A DNA stretch of 64,000 bases from an uncultured Verrucomicrobiae bacterium (lineage in GTDB: Bacteria; Verrucomicrobiota; Verrucomicrobiia; Opitutales; JABDGR01): the NCBI GenBank assembly GCA_963765205.1, contig CAVXVB010000004.1:96001-160000 (forward strand), written 5' to 3'. Positions 31,499 through 41,107 of this stretch are shown piece after piece. Position 1 is the first letter of the stretch. Each line of letters begins with the position of its first letter. The notes beneath the pieces are model-generated. The model did no database searches, was not told where the DNA came from, and saw only the letters and a list, made by a program, of their open reading frames with translations. The position numbers and the translations under genes are program-made.

Positions 31499-33364
31499 TC
31501 ACGGCGGCGGCGCCGCTCCGCTTTGCTGGAGGGCGGCCTTGGCCTGGTCGAGCCCCTGGCTGACACTCTGATTGGCGGGGTCGAGCCGGTGGGCCTCTTC
31601 GAATTCGTGAACGGCCTCGGCATCATGGCCCGATTGCAGCAGGCAAAAAGCAAGGTTGCTGTGCGCGGCGACATGGTTGGGCTGAATTTTCAAGACGATA
31701 GAAAATTGCACCGCTGCTTCGGAAAATTTTTGCGCCCGCGCCAGCGCGACGCCGAGGTTCTCATGCCCCTCAACCGATTCCGGCAGCAATCGCACGACGG
31801 CCGTGAACTCGGTAATTGCGTCCGCAAACTGCCCGCTACTCAAAAGCAGATTACCCAAGGCGGTGTGATCGGGAGCGGAATCAGGGACCAGGCGCAGGGC
31901 ATTCCGGTAATGGATGATGGCCTGGTCCGTCTGCCCCATCTGGGCCAGCAGGTAGCCGAGATTATGCTCCACGTCAGGCGCGATGGGGTCGAGACGCAAG
32001 GCATTCTTAAATTCCTGGACGCTTTCCGGCAGCCGCCCGACGGCGGCCAGGTTCACGCCCAGATTCTCATGGGCGCGGGCATTTTCGGGTGCGTTTGCCA
32101 CCGTCGAAAGACCATTGTCCAATTCCGTTTGGTAATCCTGGTTGCGCTCGAACGTCAGGGTTCCCAAAGCGACGGCCCCGGCCACGACCGCCGTGGCAAA
32201 GACCCGTGGCCCCGCGCACCGGCCCAGCGCCACCGCCGCCAGCACCGCCAGCGCCGCCAGGGGCAGATACAGCCGGTGTTCCGCCGCGACTTCGGTCACA
32301 ATCGGGATGGCGCCCGAACTCGGCGCGAGTATCACAAAAAACCATGCTCCAAGGAAACCCAGTGCCGGTCGCGCCCACAGCAGGTAGATGGTCCCGGCCG
32401 CCAGCACCCCGATCAGCAGCAAAGCAGCCCCATCCGGCCCTCCGCTGACAGCCAAGGTCGGCCCGTAATCCACGAGTTGCGGGTGCGGCCACGCGCTCAG
32501 GGCCAAATAGTGTGCGATCACGGAGAACTGCGACCAAGCGTAATGCCACCCGACCCCATCCGGCCCAAAGCCAGCCGTTTGGCCGCGGGTGCCCGTACTC
32601 CAGACCAGACCAGCCAGCGGAAACCAAGTGGCGGCCAACGCGGCGTAATACTTTGCACGCCTCCGCCAGGCCTCGGCAAAAGTCCCCGCCACGAACGTTC
32701 GGTCAAACAGCAGCGTTATGAGGGGCGCGGTCACCATGACCTCCTTGCAGAACATGCCCAGCAGGCAAGCCACCGCGGAGCCAGCCAGCCAAAATTTTCC
32801 GGTCGGTACGGCCACTGCGCGCACGAATAAATATAGCGTCAGCAAATAAAACAGCCCCATCAGCGACTCGACGCGCTGCACGACATACGTCACCGCGTCG
32901 GTTTGCAAAGGATGCAACGCCCAGAACAGCGCCACCGCCAGAGCCACGGGCAGCGCCCGCCCCGCTAAGGGCGCGCGCCACCCCGGCAGCTCGAGCGTGC
33001 GTCGCACCAGCCCGAACAGCGTCAGCGCAGCCAGCAAATGAATCAGCACATTGACCACATGGTAACTCCACCCCTGATAACCGCTTAGTTCGTAATTAAA
33101 CGCAAAGGTCAGGTTGGCCAGCGGCCGGCCGGAGACCGTGACCCCGGCACCCGGCGGCTGCAACGCCATCAGCCAGCCATGCTGAATGGTCGGATTGTGC
33201 AAAATGGAAAACCGATCATCGTATACAAAGGCCCCACCTAGGCTGTTCGAGTAGGCCGCGAGGCCCGCGGCGATGATGAGCGCCGCCGCCCAGCCTAGGG
33301 AGGGACGCGCGGGGGCCGCCGGTTGCGCGCAGGGGGAGGGGTCTGGGGCTGCGGATTCCGACAT
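31499..33364 (-). CDS. TMTC-like protein: multi-TM GT-C-type glycosyltransferase domain plus C-terminal TPRs
   Basis: FVYDD after TM1, RPLANLTF, HPLQTDAV, KE, AEHRLYLP, TPR repeats. Confidence 0.85.
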   Translation of the reverse strand: MSESAAPDPSPCAQPAAPARPSLGWAAALIIAAGLAAYSNSLGGAFVYDDRFSILHNPTIQHGWLMALQPPGAGVTVSGRPLANLTFAFNYELSGYQGWSYHVVNVLIHLLAALTLFGLVRRTLELPGWRAPLAGRALPVALAVALFWALHPLQTDAVTYVVQRVESLMGLFYLLTLYLFVRAVAVPTGKFWLAGSAVACLLGMFCKEVMVTAPLITLLFDRTFVAGTFAEAWRRRAKYYAALAATWFPLAGLVWSTGTRGQTAGFGPDGVGWHYAWSQFSVIAHYLALSAWPHPQLVDYGPTLAVSGGPDGAALLLIGVLAAGTIYLLWARPALGFLGAWFFVILAPSSGAIPIVTEVAAEHRLYLPLAALAVLAAVALGRCAGPRVFATAVVAGAVALGTLTFERNQDYQTELDNGLSTVANAPENARAHENLGVNLAAVGRLPESVQEFKNALRLDPIAPDVEHNLGYLLAQMGQTDQAIIHYRNALRLVPDSAPDHTALGNLLLSSGQFADAITEFTAVVRLLPESVEGHENLGVALARAQKFSEAAVQFSIVLKIQPNHVAAHSNLAFCLLQSGHDAEAVHEFEEAHRLDPANQSVSQGLDQAKAALQQSGAAPPP

Positions 33365-33443
33365 GGGAAGAGCGCCACCATCTTTAGCCGTTCGTGCTGC
33401 ACGGCGCAACCCCACTGTTCAGCGCGATCAAATAGCAGCGTAC

Positions 33444-35714
33444 TCAGGGCGCAGGCGGATTACCGGGCGGCTTGGCCCCGCGGTGGATCACGTCGTCCAG
33501 TTGCTGGCGCACTTGCTGGTTATCCGGCTGGAGATTCAGCGCTTCCTGCAATTCCCGCGCAGCCGCGTCGAGCTGGCCCAGGTTCGCAAGAGCCGCGCCC
33601 AAGCTGTAGTGCGCTTCCGGTGCGTTGGGCGCCAATTGGGCGGCCGCTGTGAATTCGCTCACCGCCGCCTGGTTCTGGCCCAGGCCGCTGAGCGCCAGGC
33701 CAAGGCGGTAATGCGCCAGGGGGTTGTTGGGGGCTTCTTGCAAGGCGCGCTGGTAGTGCTGGATACCCTCGTCCGGGTGGCCGGCGAGCACGTAGGTGTT
33801 CCCGATGTTCACCTCCGCCTGCACGAAGACTGGTTGGACGCGCAGGGCCTGCAAATAATAATTTATCGCATCATCGTAGCGCCCGGCCTGCGACAACACC
33901 GAGGCCATGTTGTGGTAGGCGCCCGCGTAGTCGGGCCGCATCTGGATGGCGCGCGCGTAGTCGTTCAACGCCTCCTGCATATGGGGGTCGTGGACGGGGT
34001 CGGCCGTGCGCTCGGCAATCTCGCGCTCGGCATTGCCCAGATTGTAAAAGGCCACCGCCTTGTCGCTGTCCCGCAGCAGACCCTGGATGGCACGCGCGTA
34101 GTGCGCGGCCGCCTCCTCATCTTCGCCGAGCAGTCCCAGGGCGTTGCCCAGGTTATTTTCGCAATCGGGGTAAAAGGGTCGGAGGCTGATCGCCGTCTCG
34201 TATTCCTGCACGCTCTCGTGCAAACGCCCGGCATCGGCCAGCATGATGCCGTAATTTTCATGCGCACGTGCGATGTCCGGATGCTTGGTGACGGTATCAC
34301 GCCATAGATCGAGCGCAGTATGGTAATCCACATTGCGCGCGTGGGTGACGGCCCCGAGCGCCAGGGCCAGCGCGCCCGTGGCCCAGAGCAACCGCCGCCC
34401 AAACCAGGCCCGCAACCCGAGCGCAACCAGCACGGCCAGCGCCGCCAGCGGTAAATACAGCCGGTGCTCCGCCGCGATCTCCGTCACAATGGGAATGACG
34501 CTGGAACTTGGCGCCAGGATCACAAAAAACCAAGCACCGAGAAAACCGAGAAAGGGCAGCCGCCAAAGCAGCCAAGCCGTGCCCGCCGCTAGCGCCATAA
34601 TCAAAACCAGCGTTGGCAAAATGACCCATGGCGAAGCCACCGGCTTGTCGCCGTAATCCAAAGTCAGCGGATGGGGCCAGACCGTGAGCGCCAGGTAGTG
34701 CGCTATGGCCGGGGGTTGTGACTTCACGTAGTCCAGCCACCCCATCCCCGCGCCGAAGCCGGCGGACAACCCACGCGTGCCGACGCTATACGCCATCCCC
34801 ACCTGCAACACCATAGCCAGCGCGAACACTGCATAGACCAACCCCCGCCGCCAGAATATATCCCGCGGCTTTTCCGCGACAAAAATAAAATCATAGAGCA
34901 GGATCAACACCGGCGCGGTGATCGTCACCTCCTTGCAAAACACCCCGAGGAAACACGCCAGCGCCGCCAGCGTTAGCCACGCCCAGCCCGCGAACCGCGA
35001 GGCCTGCGTGCCGCGCACAAAGCAGTAAAATGTCGTCAGGTAAAACAACCCCATCAGCGACTCCGCGCGCTGGGACACATACGTCACCGATTCAGTCTGC
35101 AACGGGTGCAGCAGCCACAACAACGCCGCCGCCAGCGCCACTGGGACGGCGTCTTCCGCGAATCGCGTGCGCAGCTTGGGCAGTTCCAGCGTCCGCCGCA
35201 CCAACCCGAACAACGCCAGGCCGGCCAGCAAATGAATCAGCAGATTGACCACATGATAGCCCGTCACGCCAAAACCATCGCCTCCGCGGGCCACGTTCCA
35301 CTTGAAATTTGCGGCGAAGGAAAGGTTCACCAAGGGACGACCCGTCACCGTCTGCCCCACGGTGGGCGGGTGGAACGCGTCGGCCCAGGTTTTCTGAATG
35401 GTGGTGTTTTCCTTGATGGCTGGCAAGTCATCGAGCGCAAACGCGCCGCCGAAGCTGTTACTGTAGGCCAGCCAGCCAGCCAGGACGATGATCAGCACAG
35501 ACAGCCATCGTTGCCAGGCGAAAGAACTGGCCCCTTCCGCCTTGGCGGTCGTTGGCGGCGCGGGCGGGGTCGGTGCTTTGACCGGCGCGGGAGGTGGGTT
35601 GGCGGCGGGGCCGGGGGTTGGCGGGGGAGCAACTGCAACCTCGGTGGCCGACGCCGACCCCGGTTTGGATTTCCGTTGCGGCGGCGCGGAGCGGGGTGTT
35701 TTTGCAGCCGGCAT
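33444..35714 (-). CDS. TMTC-like protein: multi-TM GT-C-type glycosyltransferase domain plus C-terminal TPRs
   Basis: Pro-rich N-terminus, FALDD, RPLVNLSF, HPLQTESV, AEHRLYLP, multiple TPRs. Confidence 0.85.
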   Translation of the reverse strand: MPAAKTPRSAPPQRKSKPGSASATEVAVAPPPTPGPAANPPPAPVKAPTPPAPPTTAKAEGASSFAWQRWLSVLIIVLAGWLAYSNSFGGAFALDDLPAIKENTTIQKTWADAFHPPTVGQTVTGRPLVNLSFAANFKWNVARGGDGFGVTGYHVVNLLIHLLAGLALFGLVRRTLELPKLRTRFAEDAVPVALAAALLWLLHPLQTESVTYVSQRAESLMGLFYLTTFYCFVRGTQASRFAGWAWLTLAALACFLGVFCKEVTITAPVLILLYDFIFVAEKPRDIFWRRGLVYAVFALAMVLQVGMAYSVGTRGLSAGFGAGMGWLDYVKSQPPAIAHYLALTVWPHPLTLDYGDKPVASPWVILPTLVLIMALAAGTAWLLWRLPFLGFLGAWFFVILAPSSSVIPIVTEIAAEHRLYLPLAALAVLVALGLRAWFGRRLLWATGALALALGAVTHARNVDYHTALDLWRDTVTKHPDIARAHENYGIMLADAGRLHESVQEYETAISLRPFYPDCENNLGNALGLLGEDEEAAAHYARAIQGLLRDSDKAVAFYNLGNAEREIAERTADPVHDPHMQEALNDYARAIQMRPDYAGAYHNMASVLSQAGRYDDAINYYLQALRVQPVFVQAEVNIGNTYVLAGHPDEGIQHYQRALQEAPNNPLAHYRLGLALSGLGQNQAAVSEFTAAAQLAPNAPEAHYSLGAALANLGQLDAAARELQEALNLQPDNQQVRQQLDDVIHRGAKPPGNPPAP

Positions 35715-35906
35715 GGTGACAAAACTGTCAGAATAGCTTTTAACCCCGGAAACGCAATATATCTTCAAACGGTCGTTTCGCCATGCTCTTTTTTCGCCAA
35801 ACTGGAAAACGCTGGGTGGATTCCCGCCCATCTGGCAAAAAAGCCGGGCCGGCCTTGTGGGCCGGCCCGGCGGGCGAAATCTTTATCCGTGGCAACTGCC
35901 GCAGAC

Positions 35907-36476
35907 TTATTTCGCGCCTTGGTCAATCCAGGCGCGCACCAAGGCCAGTTGATCCTTTGTCAAAGGCGGGTGGGCCGTGCGCCCGGTGAGCGGCGGCATT
36001 TCTTCCTTCGCAATCGTGTCGCCCGCGTAAAGCACCACCAGGCTCTGGTCGCTGTGGCCCGGGACGATGTCCTTCCCCTTCCGACCGCCCTTGATCAGCG
36101 TGTCATGGCTAGTCACATCCAAGCCCGACCGGGGCGTGGCGCCAGCATGGCAATTTGTGCAGGACGCCTTCAAAATCGGCGCAATATCGGTGTCGAACGT
36201 CAAACCCTGCTTGTCCGACGGGGCGGGCAGCTTCGCCAAATTCGGGTTGGCCGCGGTGCCCGCCGTCGTCGTCGTGCCGCTGGCCGCCGCGGGAGCCATC
36301 ATTGAGCCTGACGTGGCGGCCGGAGGCGCCATGGAACCCAACGTCGCCGCAGGGGCCATCGAACCGGTCGCCGCTGTGCTGGCCGGAGCCGTCGCGTCCG
36401 CCGCGCCCAGGCTGTTGATGAGGATCATCAGGCCAGCCACCGAGCCGGCACCAAGAAGGGATAGTTTTTTGTTCAT
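35907..36476 (-). CDS. Secreted mono-heme c-type cytochrome (Planctomycete cytochrome C-like)
   Basis: Signal peptide; FDTDIAPILKASCTNCH, IVPGHSDQS, EMPP, WIDQGA. Confidence 0.85.
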   Translation of the reverse strand: MNKKLSLLGAGSVAGLMILINSLGAADATAPASTAATGSMAPAATLGSMAPPAATSGSMMAPAAASGTTTTAGTAANPNLAKLPAPSDKQGLTFDTDIAPILKASCTNCHAGATPRSGLDVTSHDTLIKGGRKGKDIVPGHSDQSLVVLYAGDTIAKEEMPPLTGRTAHPPLTKDQLALVRAWIDQGAK

Positions 36477-36566
36477 GTAGGGATAGACAATAAATCTGCC
36501 TTGTCATTCTGGATGATTCTAGGATGGCTCGACAAGCTTTTTTTGTCCGCGTGATGTGGTGCCCGA

Positions 36567-36905
36567 TTAGCACCGGTTGGAGAGCTGGATGATGTTGCCT
36601 TCCGGATCATAGGCGTCGCAAAGTTTGAGTCCGCTGCCCGCCCCGGGGTCTTTGCCCATCGGCACACCGCGACGGATTAATTCGGCGCGCGTGGCCGAAA
36701 CGTCTTCGGTGTAGAAGCAGATTTTCGTCCGGCCGGGTCGGGCGATGGTGGCCCGATGCAGGGCCAGATGGCACCCGCCGCCGTCGAAGTCCACAAAACC
36801 ATCGCTCCGTTCGAGCACTCGGAGGCCCAGTTGCTCTTGATAAAAATGCGTCATCGCTTTCATGTCCTTGGCGAAAAGGATGACGCGGCGGATTTGTAGC
36901 TTCAT
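36567..36905 (-). CDS. VOC/glyoxalase family protein
   Basis: VILFAKDMKAMTHFY, DPEGNIIQL. Confidence 0.88.
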   Translation of the reverse strand: MKLQIRRVILFAKDMKAMTHFYQEQLGLRVLERSDGFVDFDGGGCHLALHRATIARPGRTKICFYTEDVSATRAELIRRGVPMGKDPGAGSGLKLCDAYDPEGNIIQLSNRC

Positions 36906-36971
36906 GGGCGTGGAAGGCGGGACGGTTTCGAGGGCTTGGATGCTGGTCGCGTTGAAAAAATCCGGTCAAAC

Positions 36972-37399
36972 TCATGGCGCAACCTCGCCGGGAGAATGGC
37001 AACCAGACCCGTTTGGGGCCGCCTGGCGAAGTTGATAAACATTGCCTTCCGGATCATACCCGTCACAGACCGTGGCCCCGTCAAAGGACCACTCCGGCCC
37101 TGCGCCGTTAAGCGCCCCGCCGCACTGCACCGCAACCTCGCGGGCCTGCGCCAGGCGCTCAACCAAGAACACCAGTTTGATGGCTCCGTTCTCCCGGCGC
37201 ACGGGTGGTGACTGGATGGTGATTGTTTTGGCGATGCGCTCCGGTATCTGCAATACCACCAATTGAAACGGCCAAGACTCGAGCATGATATAGTCTGCCT
37301 CGGTGCGGCAAACGCGCAGGCTCGCCACCTGTTCATAGAACGAGGCGACTCGCTTTGGATTCTTCGCATAGATGACGGCGCCGGCTCGGTGCGGTTCAT
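36972..37399 (-). pseudogene. VOC/glyoxalase family protein, apparent -1 frameshift near 37386
   Basis: ATG at 37399 is out of frame with AGAVIYAKNPKRVASFYEQV...DGYDPEGNVYQLR. Confidence 0.7.
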
Positions 37400-37490
37400 G
37401 ATTGACGATAAAGTGGGTTCGCCTTTTGCTTGTGTCGAGTAATTTAACCCCCCCGGCAGTCTCGTAAAAGGGAATTTCCGGCCATCCGTT

Positions 37491-38072
37491 ATGCCTCGTA
37501 GGAAATTCAACTTTTTCATTTTTGTCGTCCTCGTCGTCCTCGGTCTTTGGTGGTTAATGCGGCCGCAACCATCGCCACCGGTGCCCACCCCGACTCCCGC
37601 ACCTGCCAAGCCCAGCCCCCTCCACTCCCTCCAGAATCAAAATCCTTTCGTCCCGCCGCCCACCAAACCTGCGGCGCCTGCGCCAACGCCGCCGGGGAGC
37701 AGCGCTACTCACATTAATGATGAAACTCAATCCGAGCAAAGCCGCATTGATGCCCTACCGGTCGAATTCCCTCAGTTTAATGGCGAAACGCAATCCTACC
37801 ACTTGGATCCGTCCGAGCTTGCCGTCATCATGGCCGAGGAAAGCGCCGCCTCGGCTGGCAGAACGAGCACAAACCCAAGTAATGCTGATGAAATTCTGAC
37901 GGATGTTTTGTCTCGCGCGGGTGTGAACTTTCCGCCTGGGTCACGGATGGTCTACATCAGCACCCTCGGAGATCTTGAGGTGACGGACACCCCGGAAAAC
38001 CTGGCTAAAATTCCCAACGCGCTGCGGACGCTTTTATACGACCCACCGCCCCCGCCCTCCCCCCAGCCGTAG
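37491..38072 (+). CDS. Single-TM Pro-rich protein with secretin N-domain-like C-terminus
   Basis: N-terminal TM; LSRAGVNFPPGSRMVYISTLGDLEVTDTPENLAKI. Confidence 0.6.
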   Translation: MPRRKFNFFIFVVLVVLGLWWLMRPQPSPPVPTPTPAPAKPSPLHSLQNQNPFVPPPTKPAAPAPTPPGSSATHINDETQSEQSRIDALPVEFPQFNGETQSYHLDPSELAVIMAEESAASAGRTSTNPSNADEILTDVLSRAGVNFPPGSRMVYISTLGDLEVTDTPENLAKIPNALRTLLYDPPPPPSPQP

Positions 38073-38081
38073 GTTCTGTTG

Positions 38082-38148
38082 TGCTCTGTAGAAAAGATAC
38101 CGAGGGCCCTTCGGCGAAATCGGGCAAAGGCGTCATTTCCACAGTGCA
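38082..38148. mobile_element. 67-bp MITE with 9-bp target-site duplication
   Basis: TIRs TGCTCTGTAGAAAAGA and revcomp TGCACTGTGGAAATGA (13/16); GTTCTGTTG at 38073-38081 and 38149-38157; first 18 bp identical to 49853-49870. Confidence 0.85.
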
Positions 38149-38204
38149 GTTCTGTTGTGATACTAATTATCAAATAAACTTAAATGCTATCACTATGGAG
38201 ATCA

Positions 38205-38295
38205 TGGGGCGCCCTGGGCGCGCTTCTTCCGTCTCGGGGAACGCGACCGTCCCGGTCGCTGCGGTCGGCGCGCGGGACGCCCGCGCTCCCCGGGA
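38205..38295. repeat. GC-rich REP-like palindrome cluster
   Basis: GGGAACGCGACCGTCCCGGTCGC ... GCGGGACGCCCGCGCTCCC hairpins between convergent genes. Confidence 0.5.
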
Positions 38296-38343
38296 CGTAA
38301 ATCCTGTATCCTAAAGTCCAAAAAAATTCAGCGTTGGTATAAT

Positions 38344-41001
38344 TCAGTTCTGCCGGCGGCCGCGACGTTGTTGGGCCGGCTGGTGGCGCGGGCCGGGGTT
38401 GGAATCCGAGGCCGGGCGTTGCGCATGGCCGGAGGATTGGCGCGGCGCTTGAGGGGAAGGCTGGCGCGGGCCGGAAGAATGACGCGAGACGTGGCCGGAA
38501 AATTGGCGCGCGTCTTGGCTCGCCGGTGGGCGCGTAGTTTGGCCGGAAGATTGCCGTGGCGCTTGGCTGGCCGAATGGCGCGAGCTTTGGCCGGAAGAAT
38601 GCCGCGGCGCCTGGTGCGCCGAATGCCGCGGGCCGGCGCGCATTTTTTTGTGATGCGCTTGCATCGCGGGGGTGATTTCTGTGCCGCCCGTTTCTTGTGC
38701 TCCGGGCTGGGCCGAGCCGGCGATGCGGAAATCAATCTGGCGCTTGAAACGGTCCACGCGGAAAACCTCGACCGGAACTTCCTGGCCGAGCGTGAATTTG
38801 CGCTTGGTGCGGCGGCCCACGAGTTCGCGGCCTTCGCCGGTCAGCGCATACAGGTCGTCTTGCAGCGACGACAACGGCACAAAGCCGTAGGCGCTGGACT
38901 CGCGCAGTTCGATGAAGAAGCCGTGGTTGCGGATGTCGGTGATGAGGGCGGGAAAAACCTGGCGGGGCGTGCGCTGGGCCTCGCGCTCGAAGAATTCGAG
39001 GAGTTTGAGTTTCACCGTCTCGCGCTCGGCCTCGGTGCTGTTTTGCTCGGTGCTGCTAAGGTGCCGCGCGAGCGCGTCGAGTTCCGCCTGGTTGTAGCGG
39101 GCTGGCGGCGCGCCGCCAGCGGGGTTCAGCCGGGCGAGGTGATTGTCAAAAATGCGATGGACGACGAGGTCGGAATACCGCCGGATGGGCGAGGTGAAGT
39201 GGGTGTAGAATTTTTTGAAGAGGCCGTAGTGCCCGTCCACCGACGCGCGGTAGCACGCCTGCTTGAGGCTGCGCAGAAATTGCGTCTTGAGCGTGTGGCC
39301 CTGCGGATGATGGCGGATTTTTTCGAGCACGCGCACGATTTCCGCGCGGTTGTTCAAATCCCCGGCCTCCACGCCAAAGGTCGCCAGCAGGTCGCGCAGT
39401 TCGATGAGTTTCTCCGGGTCGGGTTGGTCGTGCACGCGCGAGAGGAACGGCAGGCCGGCTTCATGCAGGGAGCGCGCAACAACCTCGTTCGCCAACAGCA
39501 TATATTCCTCGACCAGCTGGTGGCTCTCGTCGTTGGTGATCAATTCGAGGCGGTCGGCATAGCCGTCGGTGTCGGTGAAAATTTTAACCTCGGGAAAATC
39601 GAAATCGAGGCTGCCTTTTTGCATGCGCGCGCGGCGCAGCGGCTCGGCCAGCGACCAGAGCGTGCGCACGGCGTCGCGCAATTCAATCAGTTCCGCGTCG
39701 GTCAACGAAGCCAGCGCACGGCCCGTCGAGCCGGTCGCGAACGCGGGCGGCACGGGCAACCCGCGCAGCACCGCAAGGTCGCTTTCCTTGAGCAGCGCAA
39801 AAGCCTGGCGGTAAGTAAGTCGCTTGCGACTGCGGATCACCGAGTTCGCAAAACGCGTAGCGCGAATTTTTCCGGTCGGCGCAAAAGTGACAAAAATGCT
39901 TTTGACGAGCCGGTCCTGCGCTTCGACGAGGCTGCACAGGCCGTTCGACAGCGCGTGCGGCAGCATCGGGATGACGCAGCCGACCAGATAGGTCGAGTTC
40001 CCGCGCGCGCGCGCCTCGCGGTCGAGCGCCGTGCCGGGGCGCACATAGGCGCTCACGTCCGCGATGTGGATGCCGATGCGCACTTCGCCGCCGGGCAGGC
40101 GCTCGATGGACAGCGCGTCGTCAAAGTCCTTGGCGTCGTCGGGATCAATCGTGATCGTAAAAATATCGCGCGCATCCTCGCGGCCCGCGCGGTCGCGCGG
40201 GCGCACTTCGGGCGGGATGGCATTCGCCTCCGCTTGCACCGCTTCGGGAAATTCCGGCTGAAGATGGAACTTGTAAAGGATGGCCTTGAATTCCGCACCG
40301 GGCGTGTGCGTGCGGCCCAGGTTCTCGATGATTTCGCCCGTCGGGTTGAGGTGCCGCTGCGTCCATTCCTGCAAACGCACCAAAACCTTGTCGCCGGGCT
40401 GCGGCGGCGGGAACACCGACGTTTGCGCCGGGTCGGCGACCAGGACGGTACGCACGAAGCGCGGGTCGTCGGGCGCGACGTTCCAAAACTGGTTGTCGCG
40501 GCGGAGCGTGCCGGAAATGGTTTCGTGTTTGCGTTCGAGCACGCGGATAATGCGGCCGATGGTCGCCGTTGGGCCGGAGCGCGCGCCGGCTTTGACGAAC
40601 CACGGCCGCGCGCTTTTGTTTTCCCGCACCAGCACGCGGTCGCCGTGGAGCGCCGTGCCGGTGTCTTCGGCAAAAATGTGCCATGGCTCGCCCGCGGGGC
40701 CGCCGCTTGGCGGGTCGGGAAAGAAAATCGCCGCGCCGCTTTGGCGGAATTTGACAGTGCCGCATTGCATATCGGCATCGCGCGGGATGACGAGGCGCTC
40801 CTGCTTCACCTGGGCGACGAGGCCCTGGTTGAGCAGTTGGTGGACGAGCGGGCCGAGTTTTTTCTCGTCGCGTTTATCCAGCCCGAGGGCGCGGGCGATT
40901 TCGCCGGCGTGCAGCGGCGTGTAGTCCTTGCGCCGGAGCAGTTCCAGCAGGCGGTTTTCGAGGCTGGCGGAAGTTGCGCCGGGCTGGTCAGAATGATTCA
41001 T
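38344..41001 (-). CDS. rnr: Ribonuclease R
   Basis: TIDPDDAKDFDDA, HIADVS, EEYMLLAN, YTHFTSPIRRYSDL, S1 domain, basic tail. Confidence 0.95.
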   Translation of the reverse strand: MNHSDQPGATSASLENRLLELLRRKDYTPLHAGEIARALGLDKRDEKKLGPLVHQLLNQGLVAQVKQERLVIPRDADMQCGTVKFRQSGAAIFFPDPPSGGPAGEPWHIFAEDTGTALHGDRVLVRENKSARPWFVKAGARSGPTATIGRIIRVLERKHETISGTLRRDNQFWNVAPDDPRFVRTVLVADPAQTSVFPPPQPGDKVLVRLQEWTQRHLNPTGEIIENLGRTHTPGAEFKAILYKFHLQPEFPEAVQAEANAIPPEVRPRDRAGREDARDIFTITIDPDDAKDFDDALSIERLPGGEVRIGIHIADVSAYVRPGTALDREARARGNSTYLVGCVIPMLPHALSNGLCSLVEAQDRLVKSIFVTFAPTGKIRATRFANSVIRSRKRLTYRQAFALLKESDLAVLRGLPVPPAFATGSTGRALASLTDAELIELRDAVRTLWSLAEPLRRARMQKGSLDFDFPEVKIFTDTDGYADRLELITNDESHQLVEEYMLLANEVVARSLHEAGLPFLSRVHDQPDPEKLIELRDLLATFGVEAGDLNNRAEIVRVLEKIRHHPQGHTLKTQFLRSLKQACYRASVDGHYGLFKKFYTHFTSPIRRYSDLVVHRIFDNHLARLNPAGGAPPARYNQAELDALARHLSSTEQNSTEAERETVKLKLLEFFEREAQRTPRQVFPALITDIRNHGFFIELRESSAYGFVPLSSLQDDLYALTGEGRELVGRRTKRKFTLGQEVPVEVFRVDRFKRQIDFRIAGSAQPGAQETGGTEITPAMQAHHKKMRAGPRHSAHQAPRHSSGQSSRHSASQAPRQSSGQTTRPPASQDARQFSGHVSRHSSGPRQPSPQAPRQSSGHAQRPASDSNPGPRHQPAQQRRGRRQN

Positions 41002-41107
41002 CAAAGTTTTTTGGCAAAATCTGCATCGGGATCACCGCATGCGGCGCCCTACAGTTCGGCTTGGTTGATTGTAGGGGCGTCCCGCAAAGCGGGACGTCCC
41101 ATGTTTG

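Noticed and set aside
30769..31674. 301-aa ORF as an independent gene
   Set aside because: It is the TMTC copy-3 fragment with a spurious upstream extension and a stop supplied by the IS end.
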